64,000 nt of DNA from Synechococcales cyanobacterium VAR_4_metabat_354 (GTDB taxonomy: Bacteria; Cyanobacteriota; Cyanobacteriia; Cyanobacteriales; Chamaesiphonaceae). Below, one piece after another: positions 50,920 to 60,527 of this stretch. Each line of letters begins with the position of its first letter. Position 1 is the first letter of the stretch. The DNA is taken from positions 1 through 64,000 of the forward strand of contig JANOQI010000041.1 of the NCBI GenBank assembly GCA_031414775.1, read 5' to 3'. The translations under genes were made by a program, and so were the position numbers. The notes below the pieces were generated by a model. It was given only the letters and a program-made list of their open reading frames with translations. It had not been told where the DNA came from and searched no databases.

Positions 50920-51355
50920 TACAAACACTGTTTTTGGTTTCTTGAATTTGATAACAGGTAATATCGCCCTGTTCATTAATGACATTGCCCAATTCATTGG
51001 TTTGAATAGAAGACCGATGATAGCGCAGGGCGCGACGACCATTCACAAAGAAACGGCAGTAGCCGTCAACGGTGAAGGTTTTATTAGGCAAGAAATCGCA
51101 TTGAGTCAATTTTTCGATGCCGCTCCAGGTTTTGTCTGGCCAGCTAACGCGGAGAGTTTGGAGACCAATTTTATTGGTGTAGCTCAATTTGCAAGGTGTA
51201 GTGCTAGTTAACCGATCTTGTTGATAGTTGTAGCAGGTACTTTTATTACCAATGGCAATCCAGTCGTCGTTGGCAAAACATGGCTGAATCGCGACTGGGT
51301 GCATTGTGATGATTAAGGCCGCAGCTATTGGACCAAAAAATTGATTCCGATTCAT
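50909..51355 (-). CDS. Hypothetical secreted Cys-containing protein
   Basis: Signal-peptide-like N-terminus and several Cys; no family recognised. Confidence 0.55.
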   Translation of the reverse strand: MNRNQFFGPIAAALIITMHPVAIQPCFANDDWIAIGNKSTCYNYQQDRLTSTTPCKLSYTNKIGLQTLRVSWPDKTWSGIEKLTQCDFLPNKTFTVDGYCRFFVNGRRALRYHRSSIQTNELGNVINEQGDITCYQIQETKNSVCTKL

Positions 51356-51488
51356 AATGCCGGTAGATTAAGATGTGATCCTTATTACTAATGATTACTC
51401 TACGGATCGGGATGTTTCCGAAGATGGGTGCTTAAAGCTTTCTTTTGAGATTTCATACTATTAATAAACTGCAATATTCTATTATTGT

Positions 51489-51522
51489 GAGAGTGTTGGC
51501 TTTGTCAAAAGCCAACACTCTC
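51489..51522. repeat. 15-bp perfect hairpin in an AT-rich divergent intergenic region
   Basis: GAGAGTGTTGGCTTT-GTCA-AAAGCCAACACTCTC. Confidence 0.7.
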
Positions 51523-51818
51523 TATTTAAATTCTTCAAAGTAATATGTTTGTGCAGAGATATTTTCTTTAATACAAATAATACTTTTTATTTAAAGATAT
51601 TAATATATTACGATATTTACAAGAGATGAATGTATCTGCTAGACAGCAAAACTGTTGTCTAGAGGTGTTTCTTCAGCTAGCTATTTAACTTTTGTTTGAA
51701 TTGTAGCGTATTTGACACAAATATTTGTGACAGATTTTATATATAAAACTAGAGTTTTATTAATATGTGCCACAATGATTGTAATTTGAAATAATTAAGC
51801 GAATTACCCATAATAAAT

Positions 51819-52217
51819 ATGGAAATTTTAAATGATTTCTTAGCACTTTCCCGCGTTTTAACTGGGGAAGATTCTCTAGATACAGCTTTATCAGCAGAAT
51901 ATTTGGAGCGGCTACAGCAAGTTTATACAGATGGTTTAAGTGCACTTATTACTGCTTTTAATAGCCTGGACTCTTGTGCTGATGTAACGACAGAACTAGA
52001 TAGCCTATTGGACTTAGATCAAAACCTAGCTAATACTGCCAAACAAATTATTAGAATTTGGTATTCAGGCCAATTTAATGAGCCAGATGGCACTATTAAT
52101 GGTCCAAAAACTCCAGAACAATATCGATCAGGACTGCTCTGGCAGATTATTCATGCTCATGCCCCTGGCTATACCAATGGCACATATGGCTATTGGGCAA
52201 CGGCTCCAGAAACTTGA
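51819..52217 (+). CDS. FAD sugar/sorbitol dehydrogenase small subunit (FAD-SLDH-like)
   Basis: FLALS..LTG...LD, A..II..WY.G, Y..GL.W......PGY.....GYWA..P. Confidence 0.75.
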   Translation: MEILNDFLALSRVLTGEDSLDTALSAEYLERLQQVYTDGLSALITAFNSLDSCADVTTELDSLLDLDQNLANTAKQIIRIWYSGQFNEPDGTINGPKTPEQYRSGLLWQIIHAHAPGYTNGTYGYWATAPET

Positions 52218-52248
52218 CTAACGCAATACTTTTGTAAGGTGAACTTTT

Positions 52249-53952
52249 ATGGATTACGATATTATCATTGTTGGAGCCGGGGTGGCCGGAGCACTCTGTG
52301 CGTGGAGATTGTCTCAGCAGACAGATCTCAATATTTTATTGATTGATGCCGGTTTGAATGAATTAGACGATAATCAGCGACGGGAGTTTGTTACCACCTT
52401 TGCAGTGGCAACTAACAAAAGTCAGCTTTCGCCCTACGCCAAGTTAGAAAGCAATAAATATGCAGTAAATCAGGATGGGGGCGGAGATAAGTTTTTACTA
52501 AATCGCTATTATGTGCAACCAGGCCCAGATTTGTTTAAAAGTGCTGGGGTGAAGATGGTAGGCGGCAGCACTTGGTCTTGGCGGGGGAATACACCAAGAT
52601 TCATTCCCAGCGATCTGAAGCTGAAAACAGCATACAAAGTAGGAGAAGATTGGCCGATCACTTATGACGACCTTGAGCCTTATTATGTTGAGGCCGAGCA
52701 AGCCATGGGCGTTTCTGGGAATGACGCCGAATGGGATAACTTATTGGGAGCCTATCGTAGTCAACTTTTCCCGATGCCAAATATTGTCCAGAGCTATGGA
52801 TCGCAAAAGGTAAAAGCGGCGATCGATGGCATGGTGATTGACGGCAAAACTATTCAGGTTGTGAGTACCCCTCAAGCCAGAAACTCTCAAGAATACGATG
52901 GGCGATCAGCTTGTCAAGGGAACTCTAGTTGTATTCCGATCTGTCCGTCGGGAGCAAAATATGATTCTTCAGTTCACCTGAAAAAAGCATTAGCCAATGG
53001 CGTAACTCTGAAAAAAAGCTCTGTCGTGACCAGACTGAAAGCCGAAGAGAATGGTGATGTTAATACTGTTTTCTTTAAGGATTGGTCAACACCAGACAAA
53101 AAAGAACAGTCTTTAACTGGCAGAATCATCGTGCTGGCTACCCACGGTATTGAAACTCCCCGGCTGTGGTTATCATCCCCAACTTTACGTAATCAAAGCG
53201 ATCAAGTGGGTAGAAACTTAATGGATCACCTGGCGGAGGAAGTGACCGGCTTGTTTCCGGAGGCTGTTTTTCCGTTTCGTGGGCCTCAAAGTACTGCCAG
53301 CATTGAGGTGTTTCGCGATGGAAAATTCCGTGAGATCTGCGGGGCGTTTCGCCTGACGGTTGGTAACGATGCTTGGGGGCGGAAAGAACACCCCTTCAAA
53401 TCCTTAGACAATTTGATGGTAGAAGATCTTGGTCTGGATGCCAGTGGTAAGAAAAAGACTGGTATCCGATTTGGTAAAGATCTGCGCAACCGTCTAGAGG
53501 ATCGAATTACAAGGATGGTAAGAATCGGCTATTCGACAGAAATGTTGCCCCACAAAGATAACCGGGTCACGTTATCCGATGAAAAAGATGCTTTCGATTT
53601 AGTTCGACCTAAAATCACCTTGAAAATAGATGATTACTCCAAGAAAGCTTTGGCCTATGGATATAGTGTCGCCAAGCGAATCTTCGATCAAATGAATGGG
53701 GAAGAAGAGGTCGATCCGATCGCCCCAACTTTTGACTACAACGGGGCAGGCCACCCCATGGGCACTTGCCGAATGGGCAATAACCCTAACACCTCTGTGG
53801 TGGATTCTCAAGGTCGATCGCATGAGCATCGCAATCTCTATGTGGTGGGATCTAGCGTTTTTGTAACGGGTGCGACAGCCAACCCCACGCTGACGATCGC
53901 TGCTCTAGCTTTACGGACAGCTGATGCAATTAAAACAAATTTGACGGTATAA
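52249..53952 (+). CDS. GMC flavoprotein, FAD-glucose/sorbitol dehydrogenase large-subunit type
   Basis: IIVGAGVAG, VGGSTW.W.G..PRF.P.D, CQGNSSCIPICP cluster motif, SDQVGRNLMDH, H.MGTCRMG, NPTLTIAAL. Confidence 0.88.
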   Translation: MDYDIIIVGAGVAGALCAWRLSQQTDLNILLIDAGLNELDDNQRREFVTTFAVATNKSQLSPYAKLESNKYAVNQDGGGDKFLLNRYYVQPGPDLFKSAGVKMVGGSTWSWRGNTPRFIPSDLKLKTAYKVGEDWPITYDDLEPYYVEAEQAMGVSGNDAEWDNLLGAYRSQLFPMPNIVQSYGSQKVKAAIDGMVIDGKTIQVVSTPQARNSQEYDGRSACQGNSSCIPICPSGAKYDSSVHLKKALANGVTLKKSSVVTRLKAEENGDVNTVFFKDWSTPDKKEQSLTGRIIVLATHGIETPRLWLSSPTLRNQSDQVGRNLMDHLAEEVTGLFPEAVFPFRGPQSTASIEVFRDGKFREICGAFRLTVGNDAWGRKEHPFKSLDNLMVEDLGLDASGKKKTGIRFGKDLRNRLEDRITRMVRIGYSTEMLPHKDNRVTLSDEKDAFDLVRPKITLKIDDYSKKALAYGYSVAKRIFDQMNGEEEVDPIAPTFDYNGAGHPMGTCRMGNNPNTSVVDSQGRSHEHRNLYVVGSSVFVTGATANPTLTIAALALRTADAIKTNLTV

Positions 53953-54253
53953 ACAAGGTCAAAAATCATGGCAAAAGCAATTGAAGAGCTCCAGCTGGCT
54001 GGAGGAAGCCGGAGCTGAGTCTGCCTGCTCGGTGGGCGATCGATCTTAGTAAAAATGATGATGTATTAATTCCCCCGCAGGAGTATCACACGATCCCTCA
54101 TGTTGAAGATCGTTTATTTATTGCTGCTGACTACTTACCACTGTTTGAAAAAGCTGGGTGGCGACAGCTATAGCCATCGTTGCCAGGACGTAAACTGCGG
54201 CTCAGCAGTAGATAAAGAGATTTACCAGAGAATACCAATAAGTAACTACATTT

Positions 54254-55357
54254 ATGAACAGATTATGTACCAGCCTAACGATTATTTTGATGTCAGCGAT
54301 TACCTCCGGTATAGCAAAGCTGAACGATCCATGGTCGATTCCAGTGGCTAATGCTCAGATTCCCCCCGCCGGCACATTTACCGCCACTCAAATCTGTCCG
54401 ACTCCTAAAAAAATTGCTGGTGGCAATCCAGGGAATGTTCAAACAGTTGTCGGCAAAACTTATAGTACGGTGGGGTTTAATTCGGCAGCACGCACCTATA
54501 TTTTGCTCAAAATTGCTGGTGCTACCCCCAGTCAACGCTGGGTTAAAAGTAGTTGTGGCGATTTTCAAGCTAGTGCTTCCCCTCCGCCGGGTTCAGGCAA
54601 CATCAATCTTCTTCCTTTCTTCGATAATCAAGATAATCCGATCCCTGTCAACTTTCCGGTAGGCAGTTCCAAAGATATCACCCCACCGCCACCGCAGTTA
54701 GAACCATTCGATCGAAGAGTTTTAGCTATGTGTGGAACAGGATTTAACGCGCCAGTAAGTGAACAAAGCTTTAGAAAATTATTGCAAGATTATCCTGATG
54801 TTTTTAGTAAGCTTAAAAATGCTGCTGGAGGTAGCATCAAACCTAATCGAGGTACCGATGCTCCTTTCGCTGACGATTTAGTCCAAATATGGTTCAGCCA
54901 AAGGGGTTTCAAGCATATTTTGTGCGGTGAAATCAGTGATAAACGACGGCCTAATAATGTGCCAATTCTAGATGGATTACATTTCTCTGGGCGCTACTTA
55001 CAACTTCAACAACAGTCTGGTACTAAAACTGGGCGCTATAGTGCTGCTGATACACAACAAGAAGTAGTAGATGGAGTGATTTATACTTTTGGGGCAAGAG
55101 TTGTTAAAGGAAATACTTTAGTCGCTGAAGCACCGATTAAAGGCTACTCTTACGTTTTGAATGCTCAAGAAATTCTGATTCATGCAACAAAAGCATTTAA
55201 GGTCTTTAACCCAGGTGCCGGACAGCCACCAGCCTGTCTTTACCAGGTGTCTGACCCCGATGCTGCTCCTTTTCAGGCTGTTTTTGTGAAGAAAGCTGGA
55301 GCGATCCGCACGTTTTACCCAGATGCCACACCTACGGGTAATGCCTGTGGTGGGTAA
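54254..55357 (+). CDS. Secreted EndoU-domain nuclease
   Basis: Signal peptide, GTF.A.Q.C...NPG N-terminal domain, GF.HI.CGEI, GLHF.GRY, C-terminal IRTFYPD. Confidence 0.72.
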   Translation: MNRLCTSLTIILMSAITSGIAKLNDPWSIPVANAQIPPAGTFTATQICPTPKKIAGGNPGNVQTVVGKTYSTVGFNSAARTYILLKIAGATPSQRWVKSSCGDFQASASPPPGSGNINLLPFFDNQDNPIPVNFPVGSSKDITPPPPQLEPFDRRVLAMCGTGFNAPVSEQSFRKLLQDYPDVFSKLKNAAGGSIKPNRGTDAPFADDLVQIWFSQRGFKHILCGEISDKRRPNNVPILDGLHFSGRYLQLQQQSGTKTGRYSAADTQQEVVDGVIYTFGARVVKGNTLVAEAPIKGYSYVLNAQEILIHATKAFKVFNPGAGQPPACLYQVSDPDAAPFQAVFVKKAGAIRTFYPDATPTGNACGG

Positions 55358-55376
55358 ATGCAAGATTTAAATGTGG

Positions 55377-56270
55377 CTATTGCGATGAACTCACCGCCTT
55401 TGCTTTAGCCAATAGCGGAAATCCCATCTCTTCACGCTGTGCCACATAAACCTGAGCCACTTGCCTAGCCAAGCCACGCACAGTCCCAATATATCTAGTC
55501 CGCTCTGTTACCGAAATAACCCCGCGCGCATCCAGTAAATTGAAAGTATGCGAGCACTTTAACACGTAGTCTAAACTGGGCATCACCAGCTTACGCTCCA
55601 ATAACTGCTTGGCTTCTTGCTGGTACAAATCGAATAGCGTAAACAACAATTCTGGATTGGCAGCCTCAAAATTATAAGTAGATTGTTCGATCTCATTCTG
55701 AAGAAAGATATCGGCATAGGTGAAAGTATCGTTCCACTGTAGTTTATCGAACGAATTAACCCCTTGTAGCTCTAGACAGAGCCGTTCTAAACCATAAGTG
55801 ATTTCAATCGATACTGGCCGACAATCGATGCCACCGCACTGCTGAAAGTAGGTGAACTGGGTCACTTCCATGCCATCCAGCCAGACTTCCCAGCCCACGC
55901 CCCAGGCTCCCATCGCGGCATCTTCCCAGTTATCTTCTACAAATCGAATATCATGATCTTCGGTTTTAATACCCAAGGCCCGTAAAGAATCCAAGTAAGT
56001 TTCTTGAATGCCACTAGGGGAGGGCTTAATGAGTACTTGATATTGATAGTAGTATTGATAACGATTCGGATTCTCGCCATAGCGACCATCCCCCGGCCTG
56101 CGACAGGGTTCTACATAGGCCACCGCCCAGGGTTCGGGACCAAGCGATCGCAAGAAAGTATGGTGACTTTTGGTGCCTGCCCCTTTTTCAGTATCGTAGG
56201 GTTGAGCAATCATACAACCCTGGTCACTCCAGAACTGGTTGAGAGTAGCGATGACAGATTGAAAATTCAC
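55377..56270 (-). CDS. glyQ: Glycine-tRNA ligase alpha subunit
   Basis: [50 protein letters not shown]. Confidence 0.97.
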   Translation of the reverse strand: MNFQSVIATLNQFWSDQGCMIAQPYDTEKGAGTKSHHTFLRSLGPEPWAVAYVEPCRRPGDGRYGENPNRYQYYYQYQVLIKPSPSGIQETYLDSLRALGIKTEDHDIRFVEDNWEDAAMGAWGVGWEVWLDGMEVTQFTYFQQCGGIDCRPVSIEITYGLERLCLELQGVNSFDKLQWNDTFTYADIFLQNEIEQSTYNFEAANPELLFTLFDLYQQEAKQLLERKLVMPSLDYVLKCSHTFNLLDARGVISVTERTRYIGTVRGLARQVAQVYVAQREEMGFPLLAKAKAVSSSQ

Positions 56271-56288
56271 GTAATATGCTCCGAAAAG

Positions 56289-57380
56289 TTAGCGTAAGAT
56301 ATGGCATTGGGCGTGGTGGCGCAGGAGATGATCGCAGAGTACCAGGGCGACCATCGCTTCGACCATCGGCACCGCCCGGGGTAACACACAGGGATCATGA
56401 CGACCTTTAGCTGCTAGCGTGGTTTCTGTTTTATCGGTATTAACGGTGCGCTGCTCTTTGCGGATCGTCGCGGTGGGCTTAAAAGCTACCCGCATCAGAA
56501 TATTTTCTCCATTGCTGATGCCGCCTTGAGTGCCGCCGGAACGGTTGGTCACGGTGCGGATTTCACCTTGATCGTCGGTATAAAATTCATCGTTATGCTG
56601 ACTGCCGGTTAGTAGGGTACCAGCAAAACCGGAGCCAATTTCAAATCCTTTGGTAGCTGGTAAAGACATCACTCCTTTGGCGATGTCGGCTTCTAACCTG
56701 TCGAACACTGGTTCACCCAAACCTTTGGGCATGCCGCGTACTACGCATTCCACTACCCCGCCGATCGAATCCCCCGAGCGACCAATGGCTTCAATTCGAT
56801 CGATCATCTTCTCCGCCCAGACTGGGTTCGGACAGCGCACAATATTACTCTCCACCTCGGCCATCGTCACCGTATTGCTATCAATTTCGGCCTCTAAATC
56901 TTGGATGCGTTTGACATAGGCAATGACCTCGACACCGGCCACTTGCTTCAGGATTTTTTTAGCGATCGCCCCTGCTGCGACCCGTCCGATCGTTTCCCGC
57001 GCCGAAGATCTACCACCGCCTTGCCAGTTCCGAATTCCATATTTGGCATCGTAAGTGGCATCAGCATGGGAAGGCCGATATTTTTGAGCCATTTCATCAT
57101 AATCTTGTGATCTAGCATCCTTGTTTCGTACCAGAATACTAATCGGGGTGCCAGTGGTTTTTCCCTCAAACATCCCCGATAAAATCTCACAGGTGTCAGT
57201 TTCATTACGGGGTGTGGTTATTTTGCTCTGGCCGGGACGACGGCGATCGAGTTCTAGCTGAATTTCTTCAGCTGTGATTGCTAACAGCGGTGGGCAGCCA
57301 TCGATTACTACTCCGACCCCACCACCGTGGGACTCGCCAAAAGTGGTAATCCGAAATAAATGTCCGAAAGTATTGCCCAT
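56289..57380 (-). CDS. aroC: Chorismate synthase
   Basis: [42 protein letters not shown]. Confidence 0.98.
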   Translation of the reverse strand: MGNTFGHLFRITTFGESHGGGVGVVIDGCPPLLAITAEEIQLELDRRRPGQSKITTPRNETDTCEILSGMFEGKTTGTPISILVRNKDARSQDYDEMAQKYRPSHADATYDAKYGIRNWQGGGRSSARETIGRVAAGAIAKKILKQVAGVEVIAYVKRIQDLEAEIDSNTVTMAEVESNIVRCPNPVWAEKMIDRIEAIGRSGDSIGGVVECVVRGMPKGLGEPVFDRLEADIAKGVMSLPATKGFEIGSGFAGTLLTGSQHNDEFYTDDQGEIRTVTNRSGGTQGGISNGENILMRVAFKPTATIRKEQRTVNTDKTETTLAAKGRHDPCVLPRAVPMVEAMVALVLCDHLLRHHAQCHILR

Positions 57381-57479
57381 AGTTCATGCTCTGTTTTGTC
57401 TGCGCCGCCCATCAATGATATAGCAAAGCCACTGAAACTGACAGCGGCCACCAATGCCAGCTGGAATCAGCGCCGCTGA

Positions 57480-59354
57480 TTATTCCACCGTCACTGACTT
57501 TGCCAAATTACGCGGCTGATCCACATCCAATCCTCGCATGGCGGCAATATGATAAGACATCAACTGCATCGGAATTACTGTCAATACCGGCGATAACAAT
57601 TCATCCACATCTGGTACAGGCAAAACCTTGTCAAAGATCTCCGCTGCATCTTTATCGCTAGCCGCAACTACCCCGTACAGATGTGAATCCCGCGCCTTGG
57701 CCTCTTGTGCGTTAGAAATCGCCTTCTCATAAACTTTCCCAGGCATCGCGATCGCGACTACCGGCACTTTAGAATCTAACAACGCAATCGGACCGTGTTT
57801 CATCTCCCCCGAAGGATAGCCTTCGGCATGGATATAGCTGATTTCTTTTAGTTTCAAAGCTCCTTCCAAGGCAATCGGGAAATTAATACCGCGCCCCAAG
57901 AAAATTACATCCTGGGTTTCTAAGAAACTGTGGGACAGCTCTTCGATGTACTTTTCTTGGGTTTCTAGAATCATCTCAATCTGCGAAGGTAGCATCTTCA
58001 GCCCCGCAATTATTTCCTGCATTCTGGTGGGCGTGATAGTCTGCCGTTGATAAGCCAACTCCAGTGCCAAAAAATAAAAGGCCATCAACTGACCCATAAA
58101 AGTCTTGGTCGCGGCCACCCCAATTTCCATTCCGGCATGAGTATCAATCACGGTGCCGACTAAGCGGGCGATCGCACTATCTGTTCTGTTAGTAACGGCC
58201 ATCAACCGCGCTGCATACTTGGCCTCTTTGCTTTGTCGCCGCTTTTGCTCAATCTCGATCGCGGCCAAAGTATCGGCAGTTTCACCCGACTGGGTAATGC
58301 CGATCGTCAGTGTATTGGCCATTAAAGGTGGCGGTGAGTACCGAAACTCAGAGGCGTATTGAATGTGGGTGGGAATCTGCGCTATGTCTTCCAACAAATA
58401 GCGACCAACCATCCCGGCATGGAGACTAGTGCCACAGGCCACAATCTGAATATGCTCTAGGTTGTCCAACAATGCTGCTGGTAGATCGAGCTTAATCGGT
58501 GATTTGCCACTCTCTGGTGTCCAGGCCAAGTCTAGATAAGCTTCTAAACAAGTCCGTACCACTGCTGGCTGCTCATAGATTTCCTTGGCCATGAAGTGCT
58601 TAAAGCCCTGCTTCTCCACCGCGATCGGATTCCAATTTAGAGTGCGGGGAGTTTTGCGCACCTGATCGCCCTTGAAGTTAAAGACTTCATAGCCTTCAGT
58701 AGTCAACCGGGCAATTTCTTCATTCTCCAGCTGTACGACTGTTTGAGTGTATTGCACCAACGCTGGGGTATCAGAAGCACAAAAGTATTCGCCATCGCCT
58801 AAACCCAGTACCAAAGGTGCTTGCTGTCTGGCCACAATTAATTCATCGGGATAGTCGGCAGCGAGAACGGCGATCGCAAAAGCTCCTTCTAGTTGATGCA
58901 CGGCTTTTTGCACCGCATCTAATAGCGAGGTCGCGCCCTGTTTAAAACATTCCGCCAGCAAGTGCGGAATTACTTCAGTGTCAGTCTCCGATCGGAACTC
59001 GTGGCCTTGAAACTTTAATTTATCTCGCAATTCTCGGTAGTTTTCGATGATGCCGTTTTGGACAACGGCGATCCGCCGAGCCGTATCGGTATGGGGATGA
59101 GCGTTATATTCTTCGGGTTTGCCGTGGGTCGCCCAGCGAGTGTGGCCAATGCCAATTTGAGACTGGTTGGAGGAAATTGTAAGCTTCTCCCGTAGATTTT
59201 GGAGCTTGCCCTTAGCGCGAATGCAATCAATCTGGTCGTGATCGATCGTGGCAATCCCGGCCGAATCGTAGCCGCGATACTCCAGCTTTTCTAGACCAGA
59301 TACCAAAATTGACTGGGCTGCTTTGTTGCCAATGTAACCAACGATTCCGCACAT
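57480..59354 (-). CDS. glmS: Glutamine-fructose-6-phosphate aminotransferase
   Basis: MCGIVG N-terminal Cys, LEYRGYDSAG, GHTRWATHG, QSGETADT, C-terminal PRNLAKSVTVE. Confidence 0.98.
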   Translation of the reverse strand: MCGIVGYIGNKAAQSILVSGLEKLEYRGYDSAGIATIDHDQIDCIRAKGKLQNLREKLTISSNQSQIGIGHTRWATHGKPEEYNAHPHTDTARRIAVVQNGIIENYRELRDKLKFQGHEFRSETDTEVIPHLLAECFKQGATSLLDAVQKAVHQLEGAFAIAVLAADYPDELIVARQQAPLVLGLGDGEYFCASDTPALVQYTQTVVQLENEEIARLTTEGYEVFNFKGDQVRKTPRTLNWNPIAVEKQGFKHFMAKEIYEQPAVVRTCLEAYLDLAWTPESGKSPIKLDLPAALLDNLEHIQIVACGTSLHAGMVGRYLLEDIAQIPTHIQYASEFRYSPPPLMANTLTIGITQSGETADTLAAIEIEQKRRQSKEAKYAARLMAVTNRTDSAIARLVGTVIDTHAGMEIGVAATKTFMGQLMAFYFLALELAYQRQTITPTRMQEIIAGLKMLPSQIEMILETQEKYIEELSHSFLETQDVIFLGRGINFPIALEGALKLKEISYIHAEGYPSGEMKHGPIALLDSKVPVVAIAMPGKVYEKAISNAQEAKARDSHLYGVVAASDKDAAEIFDKVLPVPDVDELLSPVLTVIPMQLMSYHIAAMRGLDVDQPRNLAKSVTVE

Positions 59355-59524
59355 GGGATGCTCCTCCAACTCGATAGACTACTCACCGTTATCAGTATGC
59401 CTTTGTTTTTAGCTAATTTATCGTATTTCATGCTACTGACTCGATATTTAACCATTCTGAAATAATCTGAAATCTATTCCAGAAAAGAGCTTCAGCGCAT
59501 TCGTTGCGATTTTTTAATGGTTAT

Positions 59525-60361
59525 TCAGTAGTTCATAATTAATACTTCATTCACCTTGCCTCTTTTTTGGGCATTGGAATTGATGGCGCGGGTGGCCGTG
59601 ATCGTTTCAATTCGATAATCCTGATAGAGATTCAAAATGAATTCAGTATTGGAATTACTCAGCAACACATAACAACCCTGGTTAGATAAATACTCGAAGA
59701 TAGCTCTCAGGCGGACTTGTTCCGATCGATCAAAACCATTAGTATCATAGCCAGTGAATGATGAAGTACTAGAAAGCGGGTCATAGGGCGGATCGAAATA
59801 AATTAAGTCTCCCCTGGTCGCTGTTTGGATAGCTGCTTGAAAATCAAGATTTAGAATTTGGATCTGAGCGGTGTTGAGATAGCTACTAACCGCTCGCAAT
59901 ACGTCTTCGTCTAAGATTTTTGGTGACTTGTATCTGCCAAAGGGTGCATTAAATTGACCTTTGGCATTGACTCGAAACAGGCCGTTATAGCAGGTTTTGT
60001 TTAAGAAAATAATCCGAGCGGCTCGTTCGATCGCTGATTTTTCGGCATAGTCTGGCTGCCGATCCCAGGCTCTAATCTGGTAATAATAAGCTTGATAATT
60101 CCGGTGAGAGCGCAGACTAGCAATTAACTCCTCGACAGAATTCTTAATTGTCAAGTAGCAGTTGATCAATTCTGCATTGCTATCATTGATCACTACTGAT
60201 GATGGGCGTAAATCTAAAAACAGGGCACCCGCTCCCACAAATGGTTCATAGTAGTTCTGATAATCTGGCGGCAAGTACTTAGCTTTGATTTCTGGAACTA
60301 GTTGTCTTTTGCCACCTACCCATTTCAAGAAGGGCTTCACCACCAAATGTTCTTGAAGCAT
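59525..60361 (-). CDS. dam: Dam-family DNA adenine methyltransferase (probably GATC), orphan
   Basis: PFLKWVGGK, Y.EPFVGAGA, LNKTCYNGLFRVN..G.FN.PFG, DPPY. Confidence 0.9.
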   Translation of the reverse strand: MLQEHLVVKPFLKWVGGKRQLVPEIKAKYLPPDYQNYYEPFVGAGALFLDLRPSSVVINDSNAELINCYLTIKNSVEELIASLRSHRNYQAYYYQIRAWDRQPDYAEKSAIERAARIIFLNKTCYNGLFRVNAKGQFNAPFGRYKSPKILDEDVLRAVSSYLNTAQIQILNLDFQAAIQTATRGDLIYFDPPYDPLSSTSSFTGYDTNGFDRSEQVRLRAIFEYLSNQGCYVLLSNSNTEFILNLYQDYRIETITATRAINSNAQKRGKVNEVLIMNY

Positions 60362-60382
60362 ATACCTGAGCGATCGAACACT

Positions 60383-60410
60383 TTGTTACTAACCAGATCC
60401 CTCCTATAAT
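60383..60410 (+). promoter_or_regulatory. Candidate sigma70-type promoter for nirBD
   Basis: TTGTTA-N16-TATAAT about 120 bp upstream of the nirB ATG. Confidence 0.35.
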
Positions 60411-60527
60411 GCATTAAAAGTAACTTTTTTGTGGCAAATATTATGGTTTGCTAATAATATTTTTCGGTTCATTCAATTAACCTCAACAACAGAATTAGGC
60501 TCTAAGCATCGATCCTCATCACAATAT

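Noticed and set aside
59355..59524. glmS ribozyme upstream of glmS
   Set aside because: Short spacer with no recognisable ribozyme core sequence.
60362..60527. NtcA box upstream of nirB
   Set aside because: Only imperfect matches (e.g. GAA-N8-TAC) with the wrong spacing to the -10 element.
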